Shown: in pieces, positions 18,322 to 28,247 of the stretch
Numbering within the stretch: the first letter of the stretch is position 1
How the letters are laid out: the number at the start of each line of letters is the position of its first letter
Assembly: GCA_965371015.1 (NCBI GenBank)
Contig: CBDUWU010000001.1
Span: 1,368-65,367, forward strand
Direction: 5' to 3'
Length of the DNA stretch: 64,000 nucleotides
Source: an uncultured bacterium
GTDB taxonomy: Bacteria > Krumholzibacteriota > Krumholzibacteriia > WVZY01 > JAKEHA01
The notes under the pieces: generated by a model
What the model was told of the DNA's origin: nothing
The model's input: the letters and a program-made list of their open reading frames with translations, nothing else
The model's database searches: none
Position numbers and translations under genes: made by a program

Positions 18322-19515
18322 ATGTCCAGGAAGAACGCCGAAGACGAAAGGGCCAAATCACTCGAGCTGGCCATCGCAAAAATTGAAAAGCAATACGGCC
18401 AGGGGGCGATCATGCGGTTGGGTGACGGTGGCAGCATCGTTCCCGTCGAAGTTATTCCGACCGGCAGTCTCGCTCTCGACATCGCGCTCGGTGTCGGTGG
18501 TGTGCCGATGGGCCGGATCATCGAAGTGTTCGGGCCGGAAGGGTCCGGCAAGACGACGCTGACGAGTTCGATCGTCGCGCAGGCGCAGAAGAAAGGCGGC
18601 ACGGCCGCATTCGTCGACGCCGAGCACGCGTTCGACATGGCCTACGCCAAAAGAATCGGCGTAGACGTCGACAACCTGCTCATTTCCCAACCCGACACCG
18701 GCGAACAGGCCCTCGAGATCACCGAGATGCTGATTCGCAGTGGCGCGCTCGATGTCATCGTGATCGATTCGGTCGCCGCCCTGGTGCCCGCCGCCGAGAT
18801 CAACGGTGAAATGGGTGACGCACACGTGGGCTTGCAGGCGCGGTTGATGTCGCAGGCCCTCCGCAAACTGACGGGTACGGTGAGCAAGACCAAGACGTGC
18901 CTGATCTTTACCAACCAGATCCGGATGAAGATCGGCGTGATGTTCGGCAGCCCGGAAACCACGTCGGGCGGCAAAGCGCTCAAGTTCTATTCGACGGTGC
19001 GAATGGACATCCGGCGTATCGGCGCGATCAAGGACGGGGACGTCATTACGGGCAACCGGACCAAGGTCAAGGTCGTCAAGAACAAGGTCGCACCGCCGTT
19101 CAAGGTGAGCGAGTTCGACATTATTTACGGAGAGGGCATCAGCTATGAAGGTGACGTCCTGGATATCGGAGCGGACATGGAAGTGGTGAAGAAGAGCGGG
19201 ACCTGGTATTCGTACGGTGACGTCCGTCTCGGTCAGGGCAAGGAAGCCTCCCGGCGGTTCCTCAGGGAAAACACCGACATCACCGAAGAGATCGCGTCCA
19301 GGATCCGCGCGGAGCACGGATTGAACGAGCCCGGCGCAGAAGCCGAGTCCAGGGCTACGCAGGCCCCGGAGGCTACGCAGTCCCCGGATGCGGCGCAGGC
19401 CCCGGAGGCGGCGCAGTCTTCGGAGGCGGCGCAGGCCCCGGATGCGGCGCAGGCCCCGGAAGTTACGCCGCCGTCGAAGAAACGCCCCGGCGCCGCCCGG
19501 ATGAGCAAGCGTTAG
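18322..19515 (+). CDS. recA: recombinase RecA with extended repetitive C-terminal tail
   Basis: [10 protein letters not shown] Walker A, IDSVAAL, full RecA core; AAAGGGG RBS; tail of 6 x (A/T)QAPE(A/D)A. Confidence 0.95.
   Translation: MSRKNAEDERAKSLELAIAKIEKQYGQGAIMRLGDGGSIVPVEVIPTGSLALDIALGVGGVPMGRIIEVFGPEGSGKTTLTSSIVAQAQKKGGTAAFVDAEHAFDMAYAKRIGVDVDNLLISQPDTGEQALEITEMLIRSGALDVIVIDSVAALVPAAEINGEMGDAHVGLQARLMSQALRKLTGTVSKTKTCLIFTNQIRMKIGVMFGSPETTSGGKALKFYSTVRMDIRRIGAIKDGDVITGNRTKVKVVKNKVAPPFKVSEFDIIYGEGISYEGDVLDIGADMEVVKKSGTWYSYGDVRLGQGKEASRRFLRENTDITEEIASRIRAEHGLNEPGAEAESRATQAPEATQSPDAAQAPEAAQSSEAAQAPDAAQAPEVTPPSKKRPGAARMSKR
19357..19464 (+). repeat. 6 x 18-bp imperfect tandem repeat inside recA 3' end
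   Basis: acgcaggccccggaggct / acgcagtccccggatgcg / gcgcaggccccggaggcg / gcgcagtcttcggaggcg / gcgcaggccccggatgcg / gcgcaggccccggaagtt. Confidence 0.9.
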
Positions 19516-20157
19516 ATGCCCGATAACGTCATCGAGTTGAAACCGCGCCCCCGGGGACGGGTCACCGTCAAACTCGCCGGGGGGCGGTTTTTTACCATAC
19601 CGCAGGACGCCGTGACGTTCACCGTCGCCGCGGTGGTGTCGGACGAAGACGTATCCAGGTTCGACCGGATGGACCAGTACTTTCGTGGAAAAGACAAGGC
19701 GCACCTTTTGATTTCGCGGCGGATGCGGACGCGGAAACAGGTCGCCGACGCGCTCGACAAGCTGGCCATAGAGGCATCGATACGAAACGGCATCCTGACC
19801 GAGCTCGAAGAAACGGGACTCATCGACGATCTCCGTTTTGCCGGCGAATACGTCCGGATCAAGAGGGACGTAAGGCGGCACGGGCCTTACCGGTTGCGTC
19901 ACGATCTCGGACGCATGGGGGTGACGGGGTCGATCGTCGAGCGCGTTCTGGAAGAGACGTTCGACGTCCCGACACAGGAATCGATGGCACGGGAGCTGGC
20001 CGAGACGCGCGCCGCCGGCTGCCCCGTCGACGAAAAGGCCGCGCGGCGTATCGGCGATTTTCTCAGGCGCAGGGGTTTCGATTACGAGGTCGTGAATAAC
20101 GTGGTCTACGACCTTCTCCACCATTCAAACGTTTCGGACAATGACTACGAATCCTGA
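19516..20157 (+). CDS. recX: regulatory protein RecX
   Basis: immediately follows recA (stop/start abut); 213 aa, helical repeat protein in the conserved recA-recX-alaS arrangement. Confidence 0.75.
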   Translation: MPDNVIELKPRPRGRVTVKLAGGRFFTIPQDAVTFTVAAVVSDEDVSRFDRMDQYFRGKDKAHLLISRRMRTRKQVADALDKLAIEASIRNGILTELEETGLIDDLRFAGEYVRIKRDVRRHGPYRLRHDLGRMGVTGSIVERVLEETFDVPTQESMARELAETRAAGCPVDEKAARRIGDFLRRRGFDYEVVNNVVYDLLHHSNVSDNDYES

Positions 20158-22846
20158 CAATAAGCAAACGGGTGCCGGGCGATTCGCCGTCGACCGGCTG
20201 GTGAAGGACTATCTCGAATTTTTCCGCGCGCGGAAACACGAAGTCGTTTCCAGTGCACCTCTTCTGCCCGAAGATCCCACGCTGCTTTTCACCGCGGCCG
20301 GGATGGTGCCCTTCAAGTCGTTCTACAGCGCCCCCGACAAAGCCCCGTATCGGCGCGCCGCTTCTGTGCAGAAGTGCCTTCGCGCTGGCGGGAAGCAGAG
20401 CGATCTCGAGAACGTCGGCCGGACACTGCGGCATCACACGTTTTTCGAGATGCTGGGCAACTTCAGCTTCGGCGACTATTTCAAGAAGGAAGCGATCGAG
20501 TGGGGGTGGGAACTCTCCGTAGACGTGTGGGGGCTCGACGTCGAGCGTATGTGGATCAGCGTGTTCCAGGACGACGACGAAGCGTTCGACCTGTGGGCGA
20601 AACATATCGGCTTTCCCGCCGATCGCATCGTGCGCATGGGCAGGGAAGACAATTTCTGGGGCCCGGTAGGTGACACCGGCGTCTGCGGCCCGTCGTCGGA
20701 GATGTACTACGACACCGGCCGCGGGGGCGAAGACGGCTCCCGGCTCGGTGACCCCGGGACCGAAGACCGTTTCATCGAGTACTGGAATCTGGTTTTTCCG
20801 CAGTTTTTCTACACGGAATCGGGTAGCTACGACGACCTGCCGCGGCCCGGTATCGACACGGGACTCGGCCTCGAACGCACGGCGTTCATTCTCCAGGAAG
20901 CGCCCGACAGCTATCACACCGATGAATTCCTCCCGATCCGCGACGCGGTCGCGCGAGCGCTGCCCGACGAGGTGACCCGGGAAAAGGCGGGACTCGCCCT
21001 CAACGTGGCTTCCGATCACGTTCGCGCGCTGACTTTCGCCCTGTCCGAAGGCATCATGCCGTCCAACGAGGGACGCGGGTACGTCCTGCGCCGTCTCCTT
21101 CGCCGCGCGCTCACCAAGATGCAGCCGTTCGGAGTCAAGGAACCGTTTCTCGCCCCCGCCGTGGACGTCGTGATCGGGAAGATGGGTGGACGGTATCCCG
21201 AGCTTCTGGGACGCGGTGACTTTATCAAGGAGATCATCACCGCCGAGGAAGAACGATTTCTGTCGACACTCGAGCAGGGTATGAGCAAGCTCGGATCGGT
21301 CCTCGACAAGGCGGCGGGCAAAGGGGGGGGGCGAGTCGACGGCGGCGACGCATTCGTGCTCTACGACACGTTCGGGTTTCCCCTCGAACTCACCGAAGAA
21401 CTGGCCGAAGACAGGGGGCTCGCCGTCGAGCGTGCCGGATTCGAGGCGGCCATGGCGAAGCAGAAAGAACGCGCGCGCCGCAGCAGTTTTCATTCCGCGT
21501 CACCGGAAATCGACACGGAGTTTGTCGAGTTCGACACCCCCGGGGGGGGGCCGACTGTGTTCGAAGGATACGAAAACGTGTCCTGCGAAGCGACGTTGTG
21601 TGCGTATCGCGTGCAAGACGACGCGGAAAACGGCGATGCGTGCAGGGTGGATCTCATCACCGACCGCACCGTGTTCTACGCCGAGAGCGGCGGTCAGGTC
21701 GGGGACACCGGCACGGCGGAAATCGGCGGCAAGCGACTCGACGTCGTCGATGCGCGCCACGATGGCGACCGGGTGGTGCACTCGGTGGTCTGGCCGCGAA
21801 GCGACAAAGCCGGGCCCGGCGACATTGCTGCGTTCCTCGGTGACAACCGCAACGTCTCGCTGTCCGTGGACGTCGAAATGCGCCTGGCGACGATGAGAAA
21901 CCATACGGCGACGCACCTGCTGCACGCGGCGCTGCGAACGGTTCTCGGAGATCACGTTGCCCAGGCAGGGTCGCTGGTCGCGCCCGACCGCCTGCGGTTC
22001 GATTTTCACCACTACCAGGCGATGACGGACGATCAGGTCTCAGAGGTGGAACGTATCGTGAACGACGCTGTCATGGCCGACATGGACGTCAGCCGCAGAA
22101 CCATGTCGTACAAGGACGCGGTCGCCGCCGGGGCGATGGCGCTCTTCGGCGAGAAGTATGGAGATGCCGTCCGCGTGGTGTCGGTTGATGATTTTTCCAT
22201 GGAGCTATGCGGCGGCACTCATCTCGACCGCACGGGCGAGATCGGGTCCTTTCTCATAAGGCAGGAATCCGCCGTCGGCGCCGGCATCCGCCGCGTCGAG
22301 GCGCTGAGCGGCCGGGGCGCCCTCGACTACACCAAGGGCGTATTGAACGATCGCCGCCGCGTCGCCGACCTGCTGCGAGTCGGTCCCGACGAGGTGGCGA
22401 ACAAGGTTCGTGCGCTGGTCGAGGAGTCCGAGTCACTACAGCGCCAGCTCAAAAAAGACGCAGCCCGCCGTGCCAGGGACGAGGCGGCCGAGGCCGTCGA
22501 AGGGGCCACACAAGCCGGGGGAGTGACATTCGTGGCCACCATCGTAGACGCGCCGGACGTGGACAGCCTGCGCAAATATGGAGACGAGTTGCGCAACAAG
22601 ATCGGCGACGGAATAGCGCTCGTGTGCCAGGATAAACGCGAAAAGCCGGTGGTACTGATCGTTGTCTCCGATGGCGTTATCAAGAACCGGTCGATCGACG
22701 CATCGGAAATCACGAAGTGGATCGCCGGCGAATTTTCGTATCGTGGTGGCGGCAAGCCCCACATGGCCCAGGTCGGAATTCCGGATAAGGAAGCTTTTGC
22801 CGGACTCCGCGACTTTGTGAAGAGCCGGCTCGAGAGCCAGACCTGA
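20141..22846 (+). CDS. alaS: alanine--tRNA ligase
   Basis: 901 aa; class II aaRS core (FTAAGMVPFK, FEMLGNFSFGDYFK), editing-domain motif HTATHLLHAAL and CGGTH, C-terminal DHHA1-like domain. Confidence 0.95.
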   Translation: MTTNPDNKQTGAGRFAVDRLVKDYLEFFRARKHEVVSSAPLLPEDPTLLFTAAGMVPFKSFYSAPDKAPYRRAASVQKCLRAGGKQSDLENVGRTLRHHTFFEMLGNFSFGDYFKKEAIEWGWELSVDVWGLDVERMWISVFQDDDEAFDLWAKHIGFPADRIVRMGREDNFWGPVGDTGVCGPSSEMYYDTGRGGEDGSRLGDPGTEDRFIEYWNLVFPQFFYTESGSYDDLPRPGIDTGLGLERTAFILQEAPDSYHTDEFLPIRDAVARALPDEVTREKAGLALNVASDHVRALTFALSEGIMPSNEGRGYVLRRLLRRALTKMQPFGVKEPFLAPAVDVVIGKMGGRYPELLGRGDFIKEIITAEEERFLSTLEQGMSKLGSVLDKAAGKGGGRVDGGDAFVLYDTFGFPLELTEELAEDRGLAVERAGFEAAMAKQKERARRSSFHSASPEIDTEFVEFDTPGGGPTVFEGYENVSCEATLCAYRVQDDAENGDACRVDLITDRTVFYAESGGQVGDTGTAEIGGKRLDVVDARHDGDRVVHSVVWPRSDKAGPGDIAAFLGDNRNVSLSVDVEMRLATMRNHTATHLLHAALRTVLGDHVAQAGSLVAPDRLRFDFHHYQAMTDDQVSEVERIVNDAVMADMDVSRRTMSYKDAVAAGAMALFGEKYGDAVRVVSVDDFSMELCGGTHLDRTGEIGSFLIRQESAVGAGIRRVEALSGRGALDYTKGVLNDRRRVADLLRVGPDEVANKVRALVEESESLQRQLKKDAARRARDEAAEAVEGATQAGGVTFVATIVDAPDVDSLRKYGDELRNKIGDGIALVCQDKREKPVVLIVVSDGVIKNRSIDASEITKWIAGEFSYRGGGKPHMAQVGIPDKEAFAGLRDFVKSRLESQT

Positions 22847-22892
22847 TTATTGTCCCCTGCGTTTTGCCGGGGAGTGAAGGACAGAATTTATC

Positions 22893-24395
22893 ATGTTTCG
22901 CTTTACGATTTTGATCATCACCGCCGCCGTGTTTGTTTCGGCAGCCGTGGCGCCACTCGCCGCGCAGCGGTCGCGGGACCGCTCGACGACGGCGAGCCGC
23001 AAAGCCGACACCGACGCCGAAGAGCTCATAGACCAGCAGCAGGATCTGCTCGAGCAGCAGGCCGCGCGGCTGCAGCCGGAGGGACTCGACGCACCGGTCG
23101 ACCCGGACACCTACGTGATTGGACCGGGCGACCAGTTCATTCTGGTACTGCGCGGTCAGGATCGGCGTGAGCTGAAGCTCCAGGTGCTGCCGGAGGGCAC
23201 GATCCTGCTTCCTAACTACGGCGCATTTATGGTGGCGGGAATGACGATCACCGAACTGCGAAACCGGCTCGGCGAATCATTGAAGAAATATTACAAAAAC
23301 ATCGAGTTCGACCTGCAGCTGGTTGTGCCCAGGGCGTTCGTCGTTTACGTTCTCGGCGAAGTGGAGATTCCGGGCGCGGTCCGTCTGCATGCGCCCTTTC
23401 GGGTGAGCTCGGCCATCGAAGCGGCCGGCGGCGTCAAGCGCAGGGGAAGCCGCCGGTTCATCGAAATCGTGGAAGACGGCGAGGCCGTTCGCCTGGTCGA
23501 CCTGGTCTCGTTTCTCAGCCTGGGGGACATCGAGGCCAATCCCGCGCTGAAAGAAAAGCAATCCGTTTATGTGCCGCCGATGCAGGCGTTCGCCCAGATC
23601 CACGGCGAAGTGTGGAACCGGGGTCCCTACGAGGTCAGGCCCGGAGAGACCATTGCCGACGTGATCCGCCTGGCTGGCGGGACGACGAGTTTTGCCGATC
23701 TCGACCGTGTCATCCTCGAGCGTCACAGCCCGACCGGATGGGCATCGATCGAACACTATACCTCGGCGGACCTCGACACCGTCGTCGTCGTCGACCGCGA
23801 CCAGATCGTGATACCCGACGCGCGTACGTTCGGCAGCGGCGACTACGTGCTCATCAGTGGCGGTGGGGGACGCGAGGGGAAGGTCTATATCGAAGAGGGG
23901 GAGACCATCGCCGATTTCACGCCGCGATTCTACCGGCTCATGGAAAATCACGACATCAGCCGCGCCGTCATTGAGCGGAGTTCGGATGACGGCACAGTCG
24001 AATACATAAAAGTCGATCTCGAGAAGGTCATCTCGGGCGAGGCGGACGGAAACATACTCCTCGAGGACCGGGACATCATCAGCATACCGAAGGCGGAATA
24101 TTTTGTGTACGTTGCCGGTGAGGTGACCGATCCGGGAGCGATCCCGTTTCAACGCGGCATGCCGGCGGAACGGTATATCGCCATGGCCGGCGGGCCGTCC
24201 CGCAACGGGAGTATGAACAAGCTGACAATTTTTGGCAAAGAAGGCACCAGCCGCAGCGGAGATCGCAACAGCACCGTTTACCGGGGTGACACGATTCTGC
24301 TCGAGCGAACCCTGACCAGCTACGTGGGACCAATATTCATCGGGCTGACCTCTCTCACAAGTCTGGTTCTTTCGGTTATCGCGGTGTCGAGGTAG
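22893..24395 (+). CDS. polysaccharide export protein, Wza/KpsD-like (Poly_export + SLBB domains) with C-terminal TM
   Basis: signal peptide; DTYVIGPGDQFILVL Poly_export motif; repeated beta-grasp SLBB-like segments; C-terminal hydrophobic helix. Confidence 0.75.
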   Translation: MFRFTILIITAAVFVSAAVAPLAAQRSRDRSTTASRKADTDAEELIDQQQDLLEQQAARLQPEGLDAPVDPDTYVIGPGDQFILVLRGQDRRELKLQVLPEGTILLPNYGAFMVAGMTITELRNRLGESLKKYYKNIEFDLQLVVPRAFVVYVLGEVEIPGAVRLHAPFRVSSAIEAAGGVKRRGSRRFIEIVEDGEAVRLVDLVSFLSLGDIEANPALKEKQSVYVPPMQAFAQIHGEVWNRGPYEVRPGETIADVIRLAGGTTSFADLDRVILERHSPTGWASIEHYTSADLDTVVVVDRDQIVIPDARTFGSGDYVLISGGGGREGKVYIEEGETIADFTPRFYRLMENHDISRAVIERSSDDGTVEYIKVDLEKVISGEADGNILLEDRDIISIPKAEYFVYVAGEVTDPGAIPFQRGMPAERYIAMAGGPSRNGSMNKLTIFGKEGTSRSGDRNSTVYRGDTILLERTLTSYVGPIFIGLTSLTSLVLSVIAVSR

Positions 24396-24423
24396 CATCA
24401 ACGAAGAAGGGATGTGATCGGTC

Positions 24424-25491
24424 ATCAAAGCGCTGATACTGGCAGGGGGTAAGGGCACCCGGCTGCGCCCGATCACGCACACGAGCGCCAAGCAGCTCGT
24501 ACCGGTGGCGAACAAACCGATACTGTTCTACGGCATCGAGGCGATACGCGACGCGGGAATCTCCGACATCGGTATCGTCGTCGGAGACACGGCACCGGAG
24601 GTAATGGACGCCGTCGGCGACGGATCCCGTTTCGGAGTCAGGGTGAAATACATACCACAGGAAGCACCGCTGGGATTGGCGCACGCAGTCAAGATATCGC
24701 GGGATTTCTTACTGGAAGATCCATTCGTCATGTATCTCGGCGACAACCTGCTCAGCGGCGGCATCAAGAGTTTTGTCGAGGACTTCGACCGGGGCGACTA
24801 CGACTCGCAGATCCTGCTGGCCCGGGTCAAGAACCCCAACGAATTCGGCGTCGCCGAGCTCGACGGAGGCCGTGTAGTCGGGTTGGAAGAAAAGCCCAAA
24901 AAGCCGAAGAGCGACTACGCGCTGGTCGGTGTGTACATGTTCACTTCCCGGATCTTCGAAGCGACCGCGAAAATCAAACCGAGCTGGCGCAACGAACTCG
25001 AAATCACCGACGCCATTCAATATTTGATCGACCAGAACTACGTCGTCAATTCACACGTCGTCGAGGGGTGGTGGAAGGATACCGGAAAGCTCGAAGACAT
25101 GCTCGACGCCAATCGTATGATTCTCACGGCGGCGCGGGCGACCAAGGTGGAGAGCGAGCAGTTCGAGGATTCGGAGTTTCACGGGCAGGTGCAGCTCGAC
25201 GAAGGGGTCACGGTGAAGAGGAGCGTGCTGCGCGGTCCCTGTATTGTCGGCGCCGGTTCGACAATCGTCGATTCGTACGTAGGGCCGTTCACCAGCGTCG
25301 GTCCCAGGACGCGAATCGAGAGCAGCGAGATCGAAAACAGTATCGTGATGGAAAACTGCACGATCACCGATATCAGCAGCCGCATCGGAGGAAGCCTGAT
25401 AGGAAAGAATGTAACGATCAATCGTTGCGTAAAGCCGCCGCGTAACTACGGTTTTATGGTCGGGGACAACAGCGAGATTACCGTCCTGTGA
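24424..25491 (+). CDS. sugar-1-phosphate nucleotidylyltransferase, long-form RmlA-like with C-terminal left-handed beta-helix; canonical start codon missing
   Basis: homology (KALILAGGKGTRLRPITHTSAKQLVPVANKP) begins at 24427, upstream of the first ATG (24505); in-frame TGA at 24415 leaves only ATC/CTG as possible starts; RBS GAAGGG at 24406. Confidence 0.65.
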   Translation: MKALILAGGKGTRLRPITHTSAKQLVPVANKPILFYGIEAIRDAGISDIGIVVGDTAPEVMDAVGDGSRFGVRVKYIPQEAPLGLAHAVKISRDFLLEDPFVMYLGDNLLSGGIKSFVEDFDRGDYDSQILLARVKNPNEFGVAELDGGRVVGLEEKPKKPKSDYALVGVYMFTSRIFEATAKIKPSWRNELEITDAIQYLIDQNYVVNSHVVEGWWKDTGKLEDMLDANRMILTAARATKVESEQFEDSEFHGQVQLDEGVTVKRSVLRGPCIVGAGSTIVDSYVGPFTSVGPRTRIESSEIENSIVMENCTITDISSRIGGSLIGKNVTINRCVKPPRNYGFMVGDNSEITVL

Positions 25492-25499
25492 GGTGAAGC

Positions 25500-26099
25500 T
25501 TGAACAGTATCGAAGACATTGACCTCAAAGCGCTCATCCTGTCGCGAAAGCGGCTGCTGGATTTCCTGAGCGAGGACGGCGCCGGGAATATCCGCGCCAT
25601 TGCGGCTGCGATGGCCCGGTGCCTCGACGATGGCGGCACCATATATGCCTGCGGCAACGGGGGGAGCGCGTCCCAGGCCGAGCATTTTTCCGCCGAACTG
25701 GTCGGGAGATTCTACCAGGACCGGCGCTCGCTGCCCGTTTACTCGCTGGCGGAAAACGGCGCCGTGTTGAGTTCGTTGGCCAACGACTATTCGTTCGAAC
25801 ACGTTTTTGCCCACCAGATTGCTGGTGTGGGCAGCGAGGGCGACTGCCTGCTCGCCCTGTCGACGAGCGGTAACTCCGAGAACGTCGTTCGGGCCTGCCG
25901 GGAGGCGAAGAAAAAAGGTATGCACGTTTTTTCGCTCACCGGTGAGGGGGGCGGTCGTGTCGCTCCCGAATCCGACATCGTCATCGCGGTTCCCGACACC
26001 GACACCGCAAGCGTCCAGGAGATTCACCTCCTCGTCGTCCACCTCATCTGCCAGCTGGTCGAGACGGCACTGTTTCGCGCGAAGGATGGAAAGCAGTAA
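25500..26099 (+). CDS. gmhA: D-sedoheptulose-7-phosphate isomerase (SIS domain)
   Basis: 199 aa; CGNGGSASQAEHF, ALSTSGNSENV SIS motifs typical of GmhA. Confidence 0.8.
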   Translation: MNSIEDIDLKALILSRKRLLDFLSEDGAGNIRAIAAAMARCLDDGGTIYACGNGGSASQAEHFSAELVGRFYQDRRSLPVYSLAENGAVLSSLANDYSFEHVFAHQIAGVGSEGDCLLALSTSGNSENVVRACREAKKKGMHVFSLTGEGGGRVAPESDIVIAVPDTDTASVQEIHLLVVHLICQLVETALFRAKDGKQ

Positions 26100-27234
26100 A
26101 CGCCCCAGATTGCTGTATCTCGTAACAGAGGACTGGTACTTCTGCTCGCACCGGCTCGCCCTCGGCCGTGCTGCCGTGCGGGCCGGTTACGACGTGACGG
26201 TCGCCACCCGTGTCCACAAGCACGCGCCGGCTATTACCGAAGCTGGAATGAACGTCGTGGCCCTGCCATGGAGCCGCCGGTCGACCCTCCCCTGGAACGA
26301 GCTCCGCACGCTGGCCTCGCTGTACAAACTTTACAGGAATTTCCGACCCGACCTGGTGCACCACGTTGCGCTCAAGCCGGTGTTCTACGGCTCGATGATT
26401 GCGCGAATCGCCCGCACCAGGCGGGTGATAAACGCCGTCGCCGGATTCGGATACAGCTTTGTCGCCTCCGGGGCGCGGGCGGCCTTGGCGCGCGGGATCC
26501 TCGACACGACTTTCCGGGTCCTCTGCAACCGTCCAGGCGCAAGAGTGCTGGTCCAGAACCCCGACGACGAGCGCGTTCTCGTGGAAGACGGCACGGTCGC
26601 CGCCGGCCGGGTGGTGGTCATCCCGGGGTCGGGGGTGGACACGGACCGGTTCGCGCCGGCCCCGGATGGTATGCCGGACGGCAGGGTGCGGGTTACGCTG
26701 GTGTCGCGCATGTTATGGTCGAAGGGAGTTGGCGAGTTCGTCGATGCGGCGCGGATCCTGCGCCGCCGGGGAATAGATTTCGAAGCGGTGCTCGTTGGAA
26801 GCCCGGATCCGGAAAACCCGCAGGCGATTCCGGAGGAAACGTTGCGGGGCTGGCGCGACGAAGGTGTCGTGGGCTGGCTTGGACACGTCGACGACGTTCC
26901 CTCGGTATGGGCCCGCTCGCACGTCGCCGTCCTTCCCAGTCACCGCGAGGGGTTGCCCAGAACACTCCTCGAAGCGGCCGCCTGCGGTGTGCCGATGGTC
27001 GCCACGGACGTCCCCGGTTGCCGTGAGGTCGTCGTCGACGACCGCAGCGGATTACTCGTGCCGGCGCGGGACGCTTCCGCCCTGGCCGACGCGATCGAAC
27101 GGCTCATATCAGAGCCCGCAACGCGGCGGGAGATGGGCCGGGCGGCTAGAGCCGATGCGGTAGAAAAATTCTCGGAGCCGGTCGTGATCGAAAAAATGCT
27201 GGCACTTTACCGCTCGATGCTGGAGGACGCGTGA
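26086..27234 (+). CDS. glycosyltransferase GT4 family
   Basis: PSHREGLPRTLLEAAACGVPMVATDVPGCREVVVDDRSGLLV (EX7E region); 383 aa; overlaps gmhA stop by 14 nt. Confidence 0.8.
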   Translation: MESSKRPRLLYLVTEDWYFCSHRLALGRAAVRAGYDVTVATRVHKHAPAITEAGMNVVALPWSRRSTLPWNELRTLASLYKLYRNFRPDLVHHVALKPVFYGSMIARIARTRRVINAVAGFGYSFVASGARAALARGILDTTFRVLCNRPGARVLVQNPDDERVLVEDGTVAAGRVVVIPGSGVDTDRFAPAPDGMPDGRVRVTLVSRMLWSKGVGEFVDAARILRRRGIDFEAVLVGSPDPENPQAIPEETLRGWRDEGVVGWLGHVDDVPSVWARSHVAVLPSHREGLPRTLLEAAACGVPMVATDVPGCREVVVDDRSGLLVPARDASALADAIERLISEPATRREMGRAARADAVEKFSEPVVIEKMLALYRSMLEDA

Positions 27235-28241
27235 ATGACGCCGCGGTCAAAACTAGTTTCTATGTCACCGGGGCATCCGGTTTTCTCGGCCGCCGTGTCT
27301 GCTCGAGGCTGGCGGCGCACGGGACGGTGCGGGCACTGATGAGGTCGGCGGTCGACGGGCCGTGGGACGCCGTCGACATGGTCGACCTGGCCAAAGACCC
27401 ACCACCGCCGGGCGCGCTCGCGGGCGTCGAAACCGTCATCCATCTGGCAGCACGCACGCACGCGGTCGATGAATCCGGCGATACCGAGGGACTGTACCGC
27501 GCTATCAACGTGGACGGCACCCGCCGCCTGCTCGAGGCCGCGAAGAGCGCCGGGGTCCGCCGATTCGTGTTTGTCAGCAGCGTCAAGGCGATGGGTGAGG
27601 GCGGGGACGGGGTGCAGGACGAGACGGCGACGCCGGTTCCCGCGACCTGGTACGGAAAGACCAAGCGCGCCGCCGAGACGATGGTGATGGACGGCTCCTG
27701 GCCCCACGAGGCCGTCGTGCTGAGGCCGGCATTGATGTACGGGAAAGGAGTGGCCGGGAACGTGGGACGGATGATCGAAGCGGTGCGGGCCGGGCGGTTT
27801 CCGCCGGTACCCGAGGTGGGCAATTCGCGCTCGATGGTTCATGGCGACGACGCGGCCCACGCCATCGTTCTCGCGGCGACCGGCGCGCGCGCCGCCGGCC
27901 GGTTGTTCATCGTAACCGATGGCCGGCCGTGTTCGACGCGGGAGATGTACGAATGGATATGCAAGGCGCTGGGGCAGACACCGCGGAGGCGGACACCGCC
28001 TCTGTCGATGTATCGCGGCCTGGCGAAAGTGGGCGACGTTCTGGGACGGCTCCGGGGCAGGCGCTGGATATTCGATTCGGAAGCGTTTGGCAAGCTCTTC
28101 GGGTCGGCCGCCTACGATTCGTCGGCGATCTGCCGCGAACTGGGTTTCGAGCCGAAGTGGACGTTCCGGACGGCTTTGCCGGAAATGGTTTCGGGCGCGA
28201 CGGAATCCGCTGCGACGGATTCTGCGGGACAAAGGGGGTAA
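27231..28241 (+). CDS. NAD-dependent epimerase/dehydratase (SDR family)
   Basis: VTGASGFLGRRV Rossmann motif, YGKTK catalytic Y-x3-K. Confidence 0.8.
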   Translation: MNDAAVKTSFYVTGASGFLGRRVCSRLAAHGTVRALMRSAVDGPWDAVDMVDLAKDPPPPGALAGVETVIHLAARTHAVDESGDTEGLYRAINVDGTRRLLEAAKSAGVRRFVFVSSVKAMGEGGDGVQDETATPVPATWYGKTKRAAETMVMDGSWPHEAVVLRPALMYGKGVAGNVGRMIEAVRAGRFPPVPEVGNSRSMVHGDDAAHAIVLAATGARAAGRLFIVTDGRPCSTREMYEWICKALGQTPRRRTPPLSMYRGLAKVGDVLGRLRGRRWIFDSEAFGKLFGSAAYDSSAICRELGFEPKWTFRTALPEMVSGATESAATDSAGQRG

Positions 28242-28247
28242 CCGGAA

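Noticed and set aside
18358-20124. 588-aa minus-strand ORF
   Set aside because: Antisense to recA and recX, both strongly supported; repetitive RGLRRLR translation comes from the reverse complement of the recA tail repeats
20063-21493. 476-aa minus-strand ORF
   Set aside because: Antisense to alaS; no motifs
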